Of a stretch of DNA of 64,000 nucleotides, positions 12,041 to 24,931 are shown in pieces (within the stretch, counting starts at the first letter, position 1; every line of letters starts with the position of its first letter). Source of the stretch: Azolla caroliniana (Eukaryota; Plantae; Polypodiophyta); contig JBHGNT010000012.1 of assembly GCA_043228905.1 (NCBI GenBank), positions 13,144,001 to 13,208,000 of the forward strand, written 5' to 3'. The notes under the pieces are model-generated. The model saw only the letters and a list, made by a program, of their open reading frames with translations, did no database searches and was not told the origin of the DNA. A program made the position numbers and the translations under genes.

Positions 12041-13764
12041 TCTATTTATTGATTCCTAGAGATAATAACTTCCGTTTTGCGGTATACACCCTAATTCCCT
12101 GATTAACGACCGTGTGTTGGACTCTGTTATCAGCTATGTTGACATTTATACTGTGCGCTGTTAAGAAAATGTCAGAACTCCTAATTGAATCAACTTTAAT
12201 GTTCAATTGAACATCAACTTTTATTATTAGGTTTCATATAGTATAGGTTGTATTTGGGTAATTATCTTGTTTGTTCGACCAATGTGGTCAGTAAATAGTT
12301 CTTATCTTGCTGTTGGGAGTTTTTCGTTGAAATTGGTAGATGAGGTCCTTCATTCAAGTTGCTCATCTTTTAGGTAACTTCATAACTAGGAGCAGGATGG
12401 CCTTCCGATGGCAAATTAATCATGGTCGGGTGGTGTCCCTGAACCATTCTTTTTAAAAGAAACCATGGAGTAAGCTTACGGTTTATACTTGAAAACAAGT
12501 AATGGAAGTTGTGGAGAAATTCGTTTGTAATGTGCAACATTTTGAATGTGAACACAATGTGTTGAACGTCTTTGTATCTCTTTGGTAATTGCAGCAGGAT
12601 GTAAGTTTGTCGTTGGATGGCTAGTCTTCCAATGGTATTTTTCTTAAACTGTATTGAATTTCAAAGCAAATAATGTAAGTTGTGGAAAGTCATTTGTAAT
12701 GTGAAACTCATACAATGTGAAGGTACGCTTTAACTGGACATCCTTGTTAAAAAAAATAGTCTTGAGGATGGATAATAATAACTTTGATCGTTGGCAATTC
12801 AACAACTATTTTTAATATTTTGTGTGCCGATATGTTTCTACGTATACTGCCGAAATTTAAATACAATAATTGAAGTGAGTGAGGGGATCATATTCGAGGG
12901 AATTGGTCGTTAGTTGTAGAGTCTTATATACGTTAAGCTTGCAATATCTTTTAATCTGTGTAAAGAGTTTTTATATCCAGGATACATTCACGAACACTGG
13001 TTTCTGTCAAAGTATTGGACATAACTGTGGTGTTGGTTTCAATGGGACCTGTTAAAAGGGAATTAATGAAGTATCGACAGTCAGGAAATTCTTAGGCAAT
13101 TACTATACGTAACGCCACACTACATGTTATAATCTGTAAAAACAGTGATTTTAGTTGCAAATCAAAGAAACTTACTTGAATTCCCCCTCTTCTTGGTATG
13201 AGATATAAAGTAGTTGGGGAAATTGTTCGGTGCGCTCTCTGAACCCATGTAACTCGGCCATTATTCTCAGTCGGTGCATTAATAGCTTGCTAAATTTTCT
13301 GAATCTTTCTATAGCTTTTGCTTGTTATTATCATGTAGCTTTTGTCAAAAACCTAATATCATATCAGAGTCGAACTAGTACAAAGCTGGAGAATATATTA
13401 ATAGGTCTGTTTATAGGCCATTTTTCTTCAAAATAAATAAATATATATGCGTGCCAGTAAAAGGCAACAACCTCAGCATTATGACTAGCTCTACTCAGTC
13501 AAGAAAATAATCGATAGGTAAAGTCCAAGGCAAAAATCTACGGAGTTAGAAAATTGAGGATGCAACTCTTTCATGATTTGGAAGAGCTACTTTACCTTCG
13601 GAATCTTTGCAGTATCGAAATTGATTATGGAACTATTAATTGATTTGGAAGAGCTATTTTCTTCTTGCGTGGTCTATGGGGATAATTTTCCTATTGTTTG
13701 CACCTCTAAGGCTGATATTCTTCAATTCGTCAGTGATACAACTAGCATTTCCCACCAAATATCT

Positions 13765-15460
13765 TGTTGAGCTGGAATATTTGGTTAGACTGGTGGTCAA
13801 CGCGAATCGAGATCTTGGCACTCTATCTGTATATCATTGTAAACTAGTTGACAACATCTTGCATGCACATGATATGATGGCTTGTTCCCTAGTTGCATAC
13901 ATACATATAATATGATAACTTTCACGCTAGCAGTGAATATACTTGGCTAGTTATGTAAATAGAATAAGGGCAGTTGCCCTAGGTTAGTTGGTATCTAAAC
14001 TAATCTTTTGTAACTTGGTTTTTGTTGGATGTATATTTATTGTTTGCTAAATAGTGTCTTGTTCTATCTCTTTTAAACACACACAGACACATACACAAAA
14101 TTCCTTTCGTTGCACACCTACATTCTCCATTGATTTACATGGTATCAGAGCGTGTGGTTTTATGATTGAGCGTATTCAACTGTGTTGTGTCTTACGTTGA
14201 CATCCAAAACAGAACCGCCTCAACATTAAAGAAGAAAAACGTCATTATGAATGAACACTCAGTTGGGAAACACTCTTCCTAAAGAGGAGCTTGACAGGAC
14301 AAATTTTGCATCTTGGCAATACAAGATGCACCAATATCTTGGCAGTGAAGGATATTGGAGCTATATTGAAGAAGTTCAAGAAACACAACCCAACCCAACA
14401 CATGCCGACTACCTAGCATGGGAGCAAGCGGCTAATTGTGTGCTGTATTGTCTAGCATCACGCGTTCATGATCACATGCTCAGCTATATTTGAGAGGTAA
14501 AAACGCCAAAAGAAGCTTGGGGCAATCTCAACAATCTCAAGAATATTTTCGTGGCCAACGCGGCCGCACACATGCTTCTGTTAGGAATTGATCAATATTA
14601 AGCAAAGGGATATGTCGATCACCAACTATACCTTGAAGATCAAGGAACTGTGCCATGCCCTCAGATCAATCAATTTCATCATTGACAATCATGAAATGGT
14701 GCAAATATGCCTCAACGGCTTAGGACCACCATTTGACATGATTAGATCGGCCATCCTTCTAAGGGAGAATCCTCCCTCATTTTTCAACCTTCAATTGATA
14801 CTATTGGTCGAAGAAAAATCATGTCCGACCAAGGAGCAATGCACCATCTAGTTAGATTCTTTACTCCAGTCGGATGAAGGAAGAGGATTTAGTACAGGAA
14901 ACAGAGGTCGATTCAGATGAGGCTGACATGGTCAGTTGACCCAAGAATGCTACTCCCACTATCAAACTTGGAATGCACCAAGGGAGTTGTTAGAGCTAGA
15001 TCCTAATGTAAGCATATGATAAGGAATTAATGCCAGATTGTCTAAATCCCAAGGATTAAAAGTAATCCTTCCCTTCTTTACACTCTTGTTTAATTGTCAC
15101 ACTTTATCCATGTGTATAGATTACTACGATACAATCTTACCACAAGATATTATATGGTCATGCCCATAAGAGGAGTTCTGTAGAAGGGGGTGCATCATGC
15201 CAAACCATGTCCCTCAAACAACCCAACCGAATGCGGGTACTGTGGAAAGCTTGGTCACTATGAAGAAGAGTGCCGAGAGAAGAAACGAGAGTCGGCGTCG
15301 ACCAACAGACATTTAACAAACTATGCAAAGAACTCTAACTATGACAACCATGGCAGAATGTTCGTAATGAGGCATAAGGCACATTCAAATGTCGGAATCA
15401 AATCTGACTAACACCTCCGCTTTAGAAAATGTATGGTTTGCTGACTCAAGAGTATCCAAT
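13765..15460 (+). mobile_element. Decayed Copia (C-family related): LTR about 13765-14139, PBS, gag
   Basis: ...TTTACA|TGGTATCAGAGC (14140-14151); gag pieces 14251-14493, 14588-14851 and knuckle CGYCGKLGHYEEEC at 15190-15411. Confidence 0.85.
14990..15168 (-). repeat. Internally deleted family-A LTR remnant
   Basis: GGATTAAAAGTAATCC...TATGGTCATGCCC matches the reverse complement of the A LTR. Confidence 0.75.
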
Positions 15461-16860
15461 TGTTGGCATAACGAGCCGACTCCTTCCACTTTGTATCCTA
15501 GTGTGAACACATCCAAAGAGTTAGGGCTTAATATGTAAGCAATAACCTAATGTTGTAAGAGATGATCTATCTCGATTTCTTGTATCTTGAGTCTTTGAGA
15601 GAGAGAGAGAACAATGAATAACGAAAGCTTCCATTCGAGCTAGAACTGTGTCTATGCTTCAATCATATCTTTTGTCATATTCTTTGTGTTGTTTACTATG
15701 CACATTCACCGATAGGTCCCCATTTGCTTCCCCACATTCATTCCAACAAGTGGTATCAGAGCGACCTACTGTTTGGCGGGAACAAAAGATGTAGAGAAAG
15801 CTGAAAAAGAAGAGAAGATCAGTAAACATGTCACTTTCGAAAAAGAATATGGCTTCAACATGTAGAACAAGAGTTGAAATCAAAAAGTTCGATGGCAAAA
15901 ATTTTGCCTTGTGGAAGGAGATGATGCAGGATGTGTTGATCATCAGAAGACAAGTCAAAGCCATTCGACATAGGCAAAAACACGCTTTGATGACAACTGA
16001 AGAGTGGAGATCCATAGATGAAATCGCGCGCTCCACCATCCGAATGCACCTGGCCGAAAATGTCTACTTCAGCATGGTTAAAGAGACAACAACTTTCTCA
16101 TTATGGGAGAAGTTGCAAGAAGTTTACAAAAGAAGTCCTCCTCGTCCAAATTTATATTGATTCGACAACTATTCAATATGAAGATGAGAGAGCAACCTCC
16201 CACATCAACACCTTCAGTAAGGTGTTATTTGAATTCTCCTCCCAAGGGATTAACTTTGAAGAAGAAGTTAAAGACCTTGCCCTCCTTTAGAGCTTGCCGT
16301 TGAGTTGGGAGGTATTCTGCACTACATTTGCCAATAGCCGTCCGATTCTAAATCTAGATGAGACAATAAGCCAAGTCCTCATTGAGGATATTTGGTGAAA
16401 ATCAATGGCCCGGACTCACCATTGATGAATCAATAGAAGCCCAACACTCGATCGAGTCGATGGAAAGAACAAGCCGACAGAACCAGTCGACACCATAGTC
16501 AATTGAAAATGAGGGGAGACCGACAATGGTCAAAGTCGGGACTGGGCCGATCAGGCGATTCTGCACCCATTGCAGATAAACCGGTCCCAATGTTTCCGAT
16601 TGCTAGTCGATCAAGAGGAAAGAGAGTGGTCGATGATCTGAGCAGAATCGAGCACGATCCGACTCGAATCACTCTCTAGTCGGGAACCAAGTCAATATTG
16701 TTGACACCCGATAGGGAGAAATCCTCTCCTTAGAGGACTCGATGATCAGAGAAGTACTCTATAGTGCGCAAGACGCGCACACGTGGTTGCTAGATTCCGA
16801 CGCCACATTTCACGTAACCCCAAACATCGAATGGTTTTCAAGCTATTCGGCCGAAGCCAA
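15461..16860 (+). mobile_element. Tnt1/Tork-like Copia 5' part: LTR 15461-15748, PBS 15751-15762, gag to protease; truncated
   Basis: TGTTGG...CCAACA, AG, TGGTATCAGAGC; gag EIKKFDGKNFALWK; protease WLLDSDATFHVT near 16785. Confidence 0.85.
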
Positions 16861-19675
16861 CTAATTTCTAGAAACTAATTCTAAAGTTTTATGAACTCCA
16901 AAATGTCCGGCCATTGGCATGCCATGGCAGTGTTGTAAAATAAGGAGTCGAGAACGACCATCAGGGACATAAAGTAAATTATTTCGAAAAAGTAAATTAT
17001 CATGCCAACTGAACTGATTATAATCTTTATGAGAATTCACAAACCTTGGACAAGAAGCATGATCTAGAATGATATGGTTCAAGACATCTTGTGCAAATTG
17101 TTTTGCTTCAAGATCAGTACGAATCGTACTAATAAGTATCAAGTCCACGGGTGTTTTAAAAGCATTAGCAGCCATCAGTTGTAAATGATTAGGACCAAGG
17201 AGGATCTGCTGTTGATGATCAAAAGTAGGTTCCCCTAAACAGGATTCCATGTAGGAACGCTGAGATAGCGCATCTGGCTTTCCATGGTGTATTGCAGAGA
17301 GATACACGATCAAGAAATCAAAGTGTGTAAGAAATTGTGCCCAACGAACTTGTCGACGATTTAAGACTCGAGCATTTTGAAAATACGTTAGGTTGTTGTG
17401 ATCATTATAGACAATGATTTGATGTGGAGAACCTTCCAAGACAAGGCGCCAATCTCAAAAGATTCTACAATAGCCAAAAGCTCCTTGTCGTAAATCTCAT
17501 AATTAATTTCCACAACTTCAAATTTCCGCGAATGAAAAGCAAATGTATATAATAGCCCGTTTTCTTTGGGTTGTGAGAGGACACTCCTGAGTGAAAAATC
17601 TAATGCATCAGCTTCCAAGTCAAAAGGCTTGTATTGGTCATGGTCAGCATGGATCAAAATAAGAGCTGATGTGAACACACATTTTAAGCTTTTGAATGCC
17701 TCAACCACACTAGAATTCCATATGAATGTTTGGTTTTTATGTGTTAATTGGGTAAGAGGTAGAACCTTCTTTCAGTAGTTTTGGATGAATATTGTGGTGT
17801 TTCCCACTCTAGAATTGTTTGCACCTTTGCTGGATCCATAGATATTCCTTCTGGTAATACTAAGTACCTCAAGAATTCCACTTGGTTGATATCAAAACTA
17901 CATTTCTTGAGTTTAGCATAGAGACCATATTCTTGTAATCGTTGTAGAACTTTGCATAGATGCTTATCATGCTCTTCTTGAGGCTTGGGAAATATCAAGA
18001 TATCGTCCAAATAAATGATGATGAATATATCCAAGAAGTCTAGGAAAATATCATTGGCCATATGCTGAAAAACCAAAGGAGCATTTGTGAGACTGAAAGG
18101 CATAACTGTACTCAAAATGCCCATATCGAGTGTGAAATGCAGTTTTCCATTCATCACCCGGACGAATTCGAACTAAGATTATAAGCACCTCTAAGATCAA
18201 AGTTTGTAAAGTATTTGGCTCCACTCAACCACTCCAAAAGTGTTGATATTAAAGGTAAGGCATACCTATTTCAAATTGTGATTTTGTTTAATCCTCGATA
18301 ATTTACGACCAAACGAAGCGATCCATCTTTCTTCTTGACAAAAAATATTGGTGCGCCAGCAAGAGATTTGGAATGACAAATAAATCCAATAGCTAAATTT
18401 TCATCGATATAGTCGTGAAGAACCTTGAGCTCTGTAGGGGATAAACTATAAATTGGTCCCCACGGCAGATCTTTTCCTAGTTGAAGATCAATAGGACAAT
18501 CATAGGGTCGATGTTCTAGGAGTCTAGCACCTTTGTCCTTATTGTTCAGACATTTTAGAATTCTTGATACTCGGTTGTAGGTAAGGTACTCGACTTTTGT
18601 TGAGTTGGTGTTGGCATTGTTATTATCGCAAATATAAACATGTCTCCTTTTTGCCACTCTTTGCGTAAGTTTTCCAGAGATATTGTTGAGATATGATAGC
18701 ACTCTAAATTTGGGTTATAAGCAATAGGGAAATTTGATATGTGGTTTTTCTTAGATTCTAGGATATTAAGCTCGTTTCCTCCAGTCAATTTGGGGTTTTT
18801 GAAACTCAAACCAAGGTAGACCGAGGACAATTGGATGCTTAGGACTATGTATGATATTGAATGAGATGACACAGGATAAATCATTGAGAACTACACGAAC
18901 TGATTTAGACTCTTCAATTATGTCTACAGAGGCATTGGGTCGACCATCTATGAGTGTGACTATCTATGAATGTAGACCATCAATGTATGATACTGGACAA
19001 TGCAATGGTTTTAATAAGATATTTGTAAAGAATCAAGAGATGGATTCTTGTGAAGCAGAAGAGATATGAGTTATGTGTGTGTATGAGAGAGAGAGAGAGA
19101 GTGAGAGGGACAAGGAATATGCAAGGTAAAAGTATATTGACAAAGGAGAAAGACTCAACATTATACAAGGTGGGAGGAGGGTGCTTTATGTAGTCACCCT
19201 CTCTCTTCATTAACTACAAGCCTCATGAAGCATAGGGAATGTGAAAGCTCATAAGTTATGTGTCATAGAATATGATTCTATGACTCATACTAAATGCTAG
19301 AATACAAAGTGGTGACATAATGGTGACTCTTGACCGTTGGAGTGTCTCTTCACTCTCAAGGTGAGTTCACACACTAGACCAAGTTGAGCTTGATTCTCAA
19401 CACGCCCCCTCAAGCTCAAGTCGGGTCGGTTTCATACGGTATCCGAAATCCGCTTCAACTCGCGTTCCGGAGTCCGCATCGACTCGCATCGACTCGCGTC
19501 GGCTCGCTTTATGCGGAGTTGCGGAATCTGTGCTCCAGCTTGTGTTGTGCGAAGTTTGTGCTTCGGCTTGCATGCGTAGTTGCAAAGACTGTGCTTGGGC
19601 TTGCGTCTTTCTTCGCGGCTTTGCGCAGTGGATCGGCTCTTCGCTGCTTCGTTGCGTGGTTGCGGAATCCACACG

Positions 19676-22600
19676 TTATTGCGTAGTGTCTTCAGTACTC
19701 CCCCTCAAGCTTGGCAGGTCAGGGATCGTCAATCCGAGATCGGTCATGAATTGCCATAGCTTGTCGGCTCCTAAGGCTTTAGTGAAGATGTCGGCCGTTT
19801 GAAGATTGGTGCTAATGTGCTGTAGGTCGACATCGCCAGCCAGAACGCGCTCTCGGATGAAGTGATAGTGCACTTCGATGTGCTTTGTCTGCGCATGGAA
19901 CACCGGGTTCCGAGCTAGATAGATACTGCTCATGTTGTCGCAGTAAAGGGAAGTCGGATCCTTGATGGGTACGCCCAGATCCTTCAAAATCCTCTTGAGC
20001 CATACGGCTTCACACGCAGCTACGGCTGCGCCCCTGTATTCCGCCTCCATACTCGAAAGAGCGACGGTAGGCTGCTTCTTGCTACTTCAGGATATTGCTC
20101 CGCTGCCGAGGGAGAAAACAAATCCGGAGGTTGATCTTCTATCAACTTTGTAGCCGGCCCAATCGGCGTCTGTGTACCCCTCGAGTCGTATTGGCATCGC
20201 GGTCTTGTAGAGGATGCCGCAATCCATTGTGCCGCTCACGTATCGTAGAACTCGCTTAGCGCAATCCAAGTGAGTATCACACGGTGTTTGCATGAATTGA
20301 CTAAGGAGACCGACCGGATAATTGAGATCGGGTCGTGTGATCATGAGGTAGATGAGACTCCCGATGAGTTGCCGATACTGAGTCGGCTCACACGCTTTGC
20401 TGTCGGAGTTCGCATCTAGTTTGAGATTACGATCGAGCGGGGTTGCCACGGATTTGCACTTAACAAGTTGAGGATGTAGTGCCGTTGAGAGATCATGATT
20501 CCGGCCGGAGTCCGAATTACCTCGATGCCGAGGAAGTAGTGGAGCTCCTTCATGTCCGTCATCTCAAACTTGTCGGAAAGGAGGGATTTGACCTTAGTGA
20601 TTTCGACGCGATGCTCACCTCCAATGATTAGGTCATCCACATATAAGATGATGACGATCAGACTTGCGGAATCGCTTCGTATGTAGAGGGAGTTGTCCGA
20701 TTTTGACATATGGAAGCCGATTTGATGAAGATATTGCGTTATCTTCGAATGCCAAGCACGCGATGCTTGCTTGAGGCCGTAGAGTGGCTTCTTGAGTCGG
20801 CATACGGCTTTTGGATGAGTGCTTGAGTTGAAGCCGGGTGGTTGGATCATGTACACCTCCTCTTCTAATTCTCCTTGTAGAAAGGTGTTCTTGACGTCCA
20901 TTTGATGGAGGTGCCACCCTTTCGCCGCGGCAATCGCAATTATGGTCCGCACCGTCGTCATCTTTGCCACCGGGGCAAAGGTCTCTTCGTAGTCGACACC
21001 ATGCGTCTAAGCATATCCTTTCGCTACGAGTCGAGCTTTGTAGCGGTTTACGGAGCCATCGGCGTTATACTTCACCTTGTAGATCCATCTACATCCAATC
21101 GCCTTTTTGTGTGGTGAGGTGGGAACGAGATCCCACGTCTCGTTCTTCCATAGTGCATGCATCTCCTCATTCATTGCTTCGATCCATCGCGGGTCCTTCG
21201 CGGCTTCTGAAAAGGTTTCCGGCTCCTGTACTGTCGCTACCTTCATCATAAAGGCATAATGATACGCCATATAATCGTTGTAGCCAAATCGGCTTACGGG
21301 GTTCTTTTCACGAGTGGATCGGCGGAGCTTTTCATTTGCAGAGATGAGGGCTTTCTTGGCTCCTATTGGTACCTCGAAACCGCCGAACTCACTATCGAGT
21401 GAGTGAGTCGATTCATAGTCGTCGAAGCGATCGTCTTCATATTCCACCATTTTCGCCTTGCCTTTGTCCATCTTCTGGCTAGGCCGTGATGTGCTTTGAT
21501 CGCTCAAAGGCTCTTGTGGTCCGCTCAGTCGGGTCGTGATCGGACTTTCTTCAATCATGCGCGTAGGGCGATCTTCATCCTCGATGTCTTGTTCGGCAGG
21601 TTCCGGGTCGAGCGGAGTCGGAGGCGAAGTTGTCTCTGGTGCATACTAGGATGCGGACTCGTCAAAAACGACGTCTCGACTTACTCGAGATTTTTGAGTT
21701 GAGGGGTTGTAGCACTTGTACCCCTTTTGTTCGAGTGAGTATCCTATGAGGATACATTTCTCCGACTTCGGGTCAAGCTTTTGACGCTTTGCATCGGGGA
21801 TGTGCACGTACGCTATTGCACCGAATATCCGGATGTGCGATAAGTCCGACTTCTTTTCGAAGTATTTTTCATGCGGAGTGACCTCATGCACGCCGGATGT
21901 TGTGCACCGGTTCATTAGGTAGACGGCCGTATTTGCAGCTTCGGCCCAATATGACTTGGGCATATGCTTCTAGTTCATCATGGCCCGCGCTACTTCGAGG
22001 ATGTGCCGATTTTTGTGCTCGGCTACTCCGTTTTGTTGCGGAGTGTGTTGGCAAGTGAATTCTCGCCGAATTGCTTCCTTTCGGAGATACGCCGTGAAAT
22101 CGTCCAAGAAGTACTCCTTGTCGCCATCCGATCGAAGGCATCGTACATGACGACCCGTGGCTTTCTCGACTTCATTCTTGAAATTTTGGAAGTGTCCGAA
22201 CACTTCGCTCTTTTGCCGCATCGGGTAGATCCAAGTGTGCCTAGAGAAGTCGTCGATGAAGAGCACGTAATATCGGCATCCGCCGAATGTAGCCATCTGC
22301 GCCGGTCCCCATACATCGGAATGGACTACGTCGAGTAGACCTTTGCTCACGTTCCGCTCTTTCGGGAATGGGTGTCGGTGTTGCTTGCCGAATTGGCACG
22401 CTTCGCATACACCTTCAATCTCTTTCTCTTTGAATGTCGGGAGTCCGATGACGACTCCTTTTGATTTCATTGCTTTGAGTTTGTTGAGATTGATGTGGCC
22501 GATTCGCTTGTGCCATAACTCTATGTCGGAGTCGGCTTTCGTGTTTTTCACGAACATGGCGGATTTCATCTCGCATGAATCGAGAATGAACATCTGACCC

Positions 22601-24003
22601 TCTCTTCGTCCGCGTGCGATGAGTCGGCCCTCTTTTTCGGTGAAGTAACCGCCTTGATTAAATCGAACTTGCATCCCTTGCTCTACAATTTGGCTGACGG
22701 AGACCAAATTCTTCGTAATGGTCGGTACATGCAAGACATTTTTAATGTAATTTTGCTTACCTTCTTTTCCGAATGGAACATTGCCAATGTGCCGAATCGG
22801 GTGCGTAGTGTCATCTCCGGTTTCGACATAGCCGGGTCGGTCCGGCTCTCGAAGTTCTCGGAACCATTCTTGATGCGATGTCATATGGTTCGAGGCACCG
22901 GAATCGACGAACCATACGTCTTCCAGACCGGAGGCACTAGTTGAGGTAGCGGCCGACATAGAATTTGCTCTATGTTTCATCATGAACATTCCGCCACGGT
23001 AGGAGTTGTGTGCATACATTCCACCACGATCTTCGTAGTCGGAGTTGTGCCCGTACATTTTGCCACGGTCGGAGTTGTGCGCATACATTCCGCCACGATC
23101 TTTGTAGTCGGAGTTGTGTGCGTAATTCGTGAGTTGTTGGCTTGTGGAAGCCGATTCACGCATCTTCTTTCGACACTCTTCTTCGTGGTGGCCGAGCTTT
23201 CCGCAATATCCGCATTCGGTTGTGTTTTGACGGCTCGGGCCGGAGTGGAAGCTCCCCCTTCTTGCGAAGGTTCCTCGTTGGCCTCCGTTTTGCGGCTGAA
23301 ATTGGGAGTTGTTGTCGTAGGTCGGACCTCGTCCGCCTTGTCCTTGGCCAAATCGGCCTCTCGCTCGTCCGCGTCCTCTTCCTCCATTAGAGTGCGTGTA
23401 AAGCATGTGGCCTTCCGACTCATTGCTCCTTGTACGCATGTGGTTTTCTTCGACCAATAGCATTGATTGGAGCTCGAAGAAGGAGGGAGATTTCTCCCGT
23501 GCTAGAACGACGGTTCGCATCGCGCCGAACCGTGGTGCGAGGCCGCCGAGGCATATTTGCACCATCTCATCATCATCTATACTTACGCTTATTGAGCCAA
23601 GCGAGTCGCAAAGCTCCTTGATCTTCAAGGTGTATGTCGTGATGGACATGTCCCTTTGTTGAATGTTCAACTCTTGGCGGAGTTGAAGCTTCCTCGCGGC
23701 CGTGTTGGCGGCGAAAATCTTTCATAGATTTTCCCACTCTTCCTTCGGCGTCTTGGCTTCTCGAATGTAACCAAGCATGTGGTCGTGAACACATGTCGCC
23801 AAACAATACATCACACGGCTTGCGGCTTGCTCCCATGTCACGTATCCGGGAGCCGCTTCGGCGGGTCGGTCTTCATGCGCTCCTTTGATGTAGCTCCAAT
23901 AGCCTTGTCCGACAAGGTATTGGTGCATCTTGTACTCCCAAGATGCAAAGTTGTTTTGATCCAACTTCTCGGTAGGGAGAGCGCTCCCCATTTGAGTATT
24001 CAT
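19676..24003 (-). pseudogene. Copia gag-pol of C2 (gag, PR, IN, RT, RH) with a few stops and frameshifts
   Basis: WFVDSGASNHMT, HSDVWGP, QMDVKNTFLQG, LYVDDL, YTDADWAG, ADIFTKAL across ORF pieces. Confidence 0.95.
22988..23125 (-). repeat. In-frame tandem repeat, 4 units of (Y)AHNSD..RGGM, between gag zinc knuckle and protease
   Basis: Visible in ORF 21970-23670; single copy in C1. Confidence 0.9.
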
Positions 24004-24931
24004 TATGTCAATTCTTCTTCTTCTTCTTCTTCTCTCTTCGAATGCGAGCTATGTAGCGAAGCTACGATAGCTATGAGCCGGTTCTTGGTCGTCGGCGTAG
24101 AGCACAACACACGATCACGATGAGGCGAATGGGCTAGATCGAGCTACCAAATCGCTCTGATACCATGTAAAGAATCAAGAGATGGATTCTTGTGAAGCGG
24201 AAGAGATATGAGTTATGTGTGTGTATGAGAGAGAGAGAGAGAGAGTGAGAGAGACAAGGAATACGCAAGGTAAAAGTATATTGACAAAGGAGAAAGACTC
24301 AACGTTATACAAGGTGGGAGGAGGGTGCTTTATGTAGTCACCCTCTCTCTTCATTAACTACAAGCCTCATGGAGCATAGGGAATGTGAAAGCTCATAAGT
24401 TATGTGTCATAGAATATGATTCTATGACTCATACTAAATGCTAGAATACAAAGTGGTGACATAATGGTGACTCTTGACCGTTGGAGTGTCTCTTCACTCT
24501 TAAGGTGAGTTCACACACTAGACCAAGTTGAGCTTGATTCTCAACAATATTATGTGTCAAAGCAAAATTTCGGTCCATGAAACAAGAGTTGGCTCCTGAA
24601 TCTAAGAGAGCATATGCGAAGACCTGATGACATCTAGAGGTACTAAGCTGAACTTGTGCCGCAAAAACCCTATTAACTTGGTTCGATGAAATGGAACCAT
24701 TACTATGGACTGACTCTACCAATTCTGGGTTATCCAACAAAATGGCTCCTATTTTGGCATGGATTTACTCGTTTAGCACCTCATCTAGTTAGCTAAGTAC
24801 TTCAAAACAATTTGAAGGTGTAGAGCATTTGGAGAATCGAGATCCAATTTAGTACTAGCACGCACTTGGTAAACTTGATGCCTAGGTCAATGCATAGGCT
24901 GAGGCTGCACGACCCCTTGTCGTAACCTTTG

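Larger units (their letters stand above)
19024..24546 (-). mobile_element. Full-length Ty1/Copia C2 (5523 bp)
   Basis: LTRs 19024-19402 and 24166-24546 (about 6 substitutions and one GA indel by eye), TSD ATATT, PBS 24154-24165, PPT at 19403-19414. Confidence 0.97.

Noticed and set aside
12045-12480. snR30/U17 H/ACA RNA (ATTCCTA and AAACCAT motifs)
   Set aside because: The motifs are about 400 nt apart and no ACA box follows AAACCAT at the required distance
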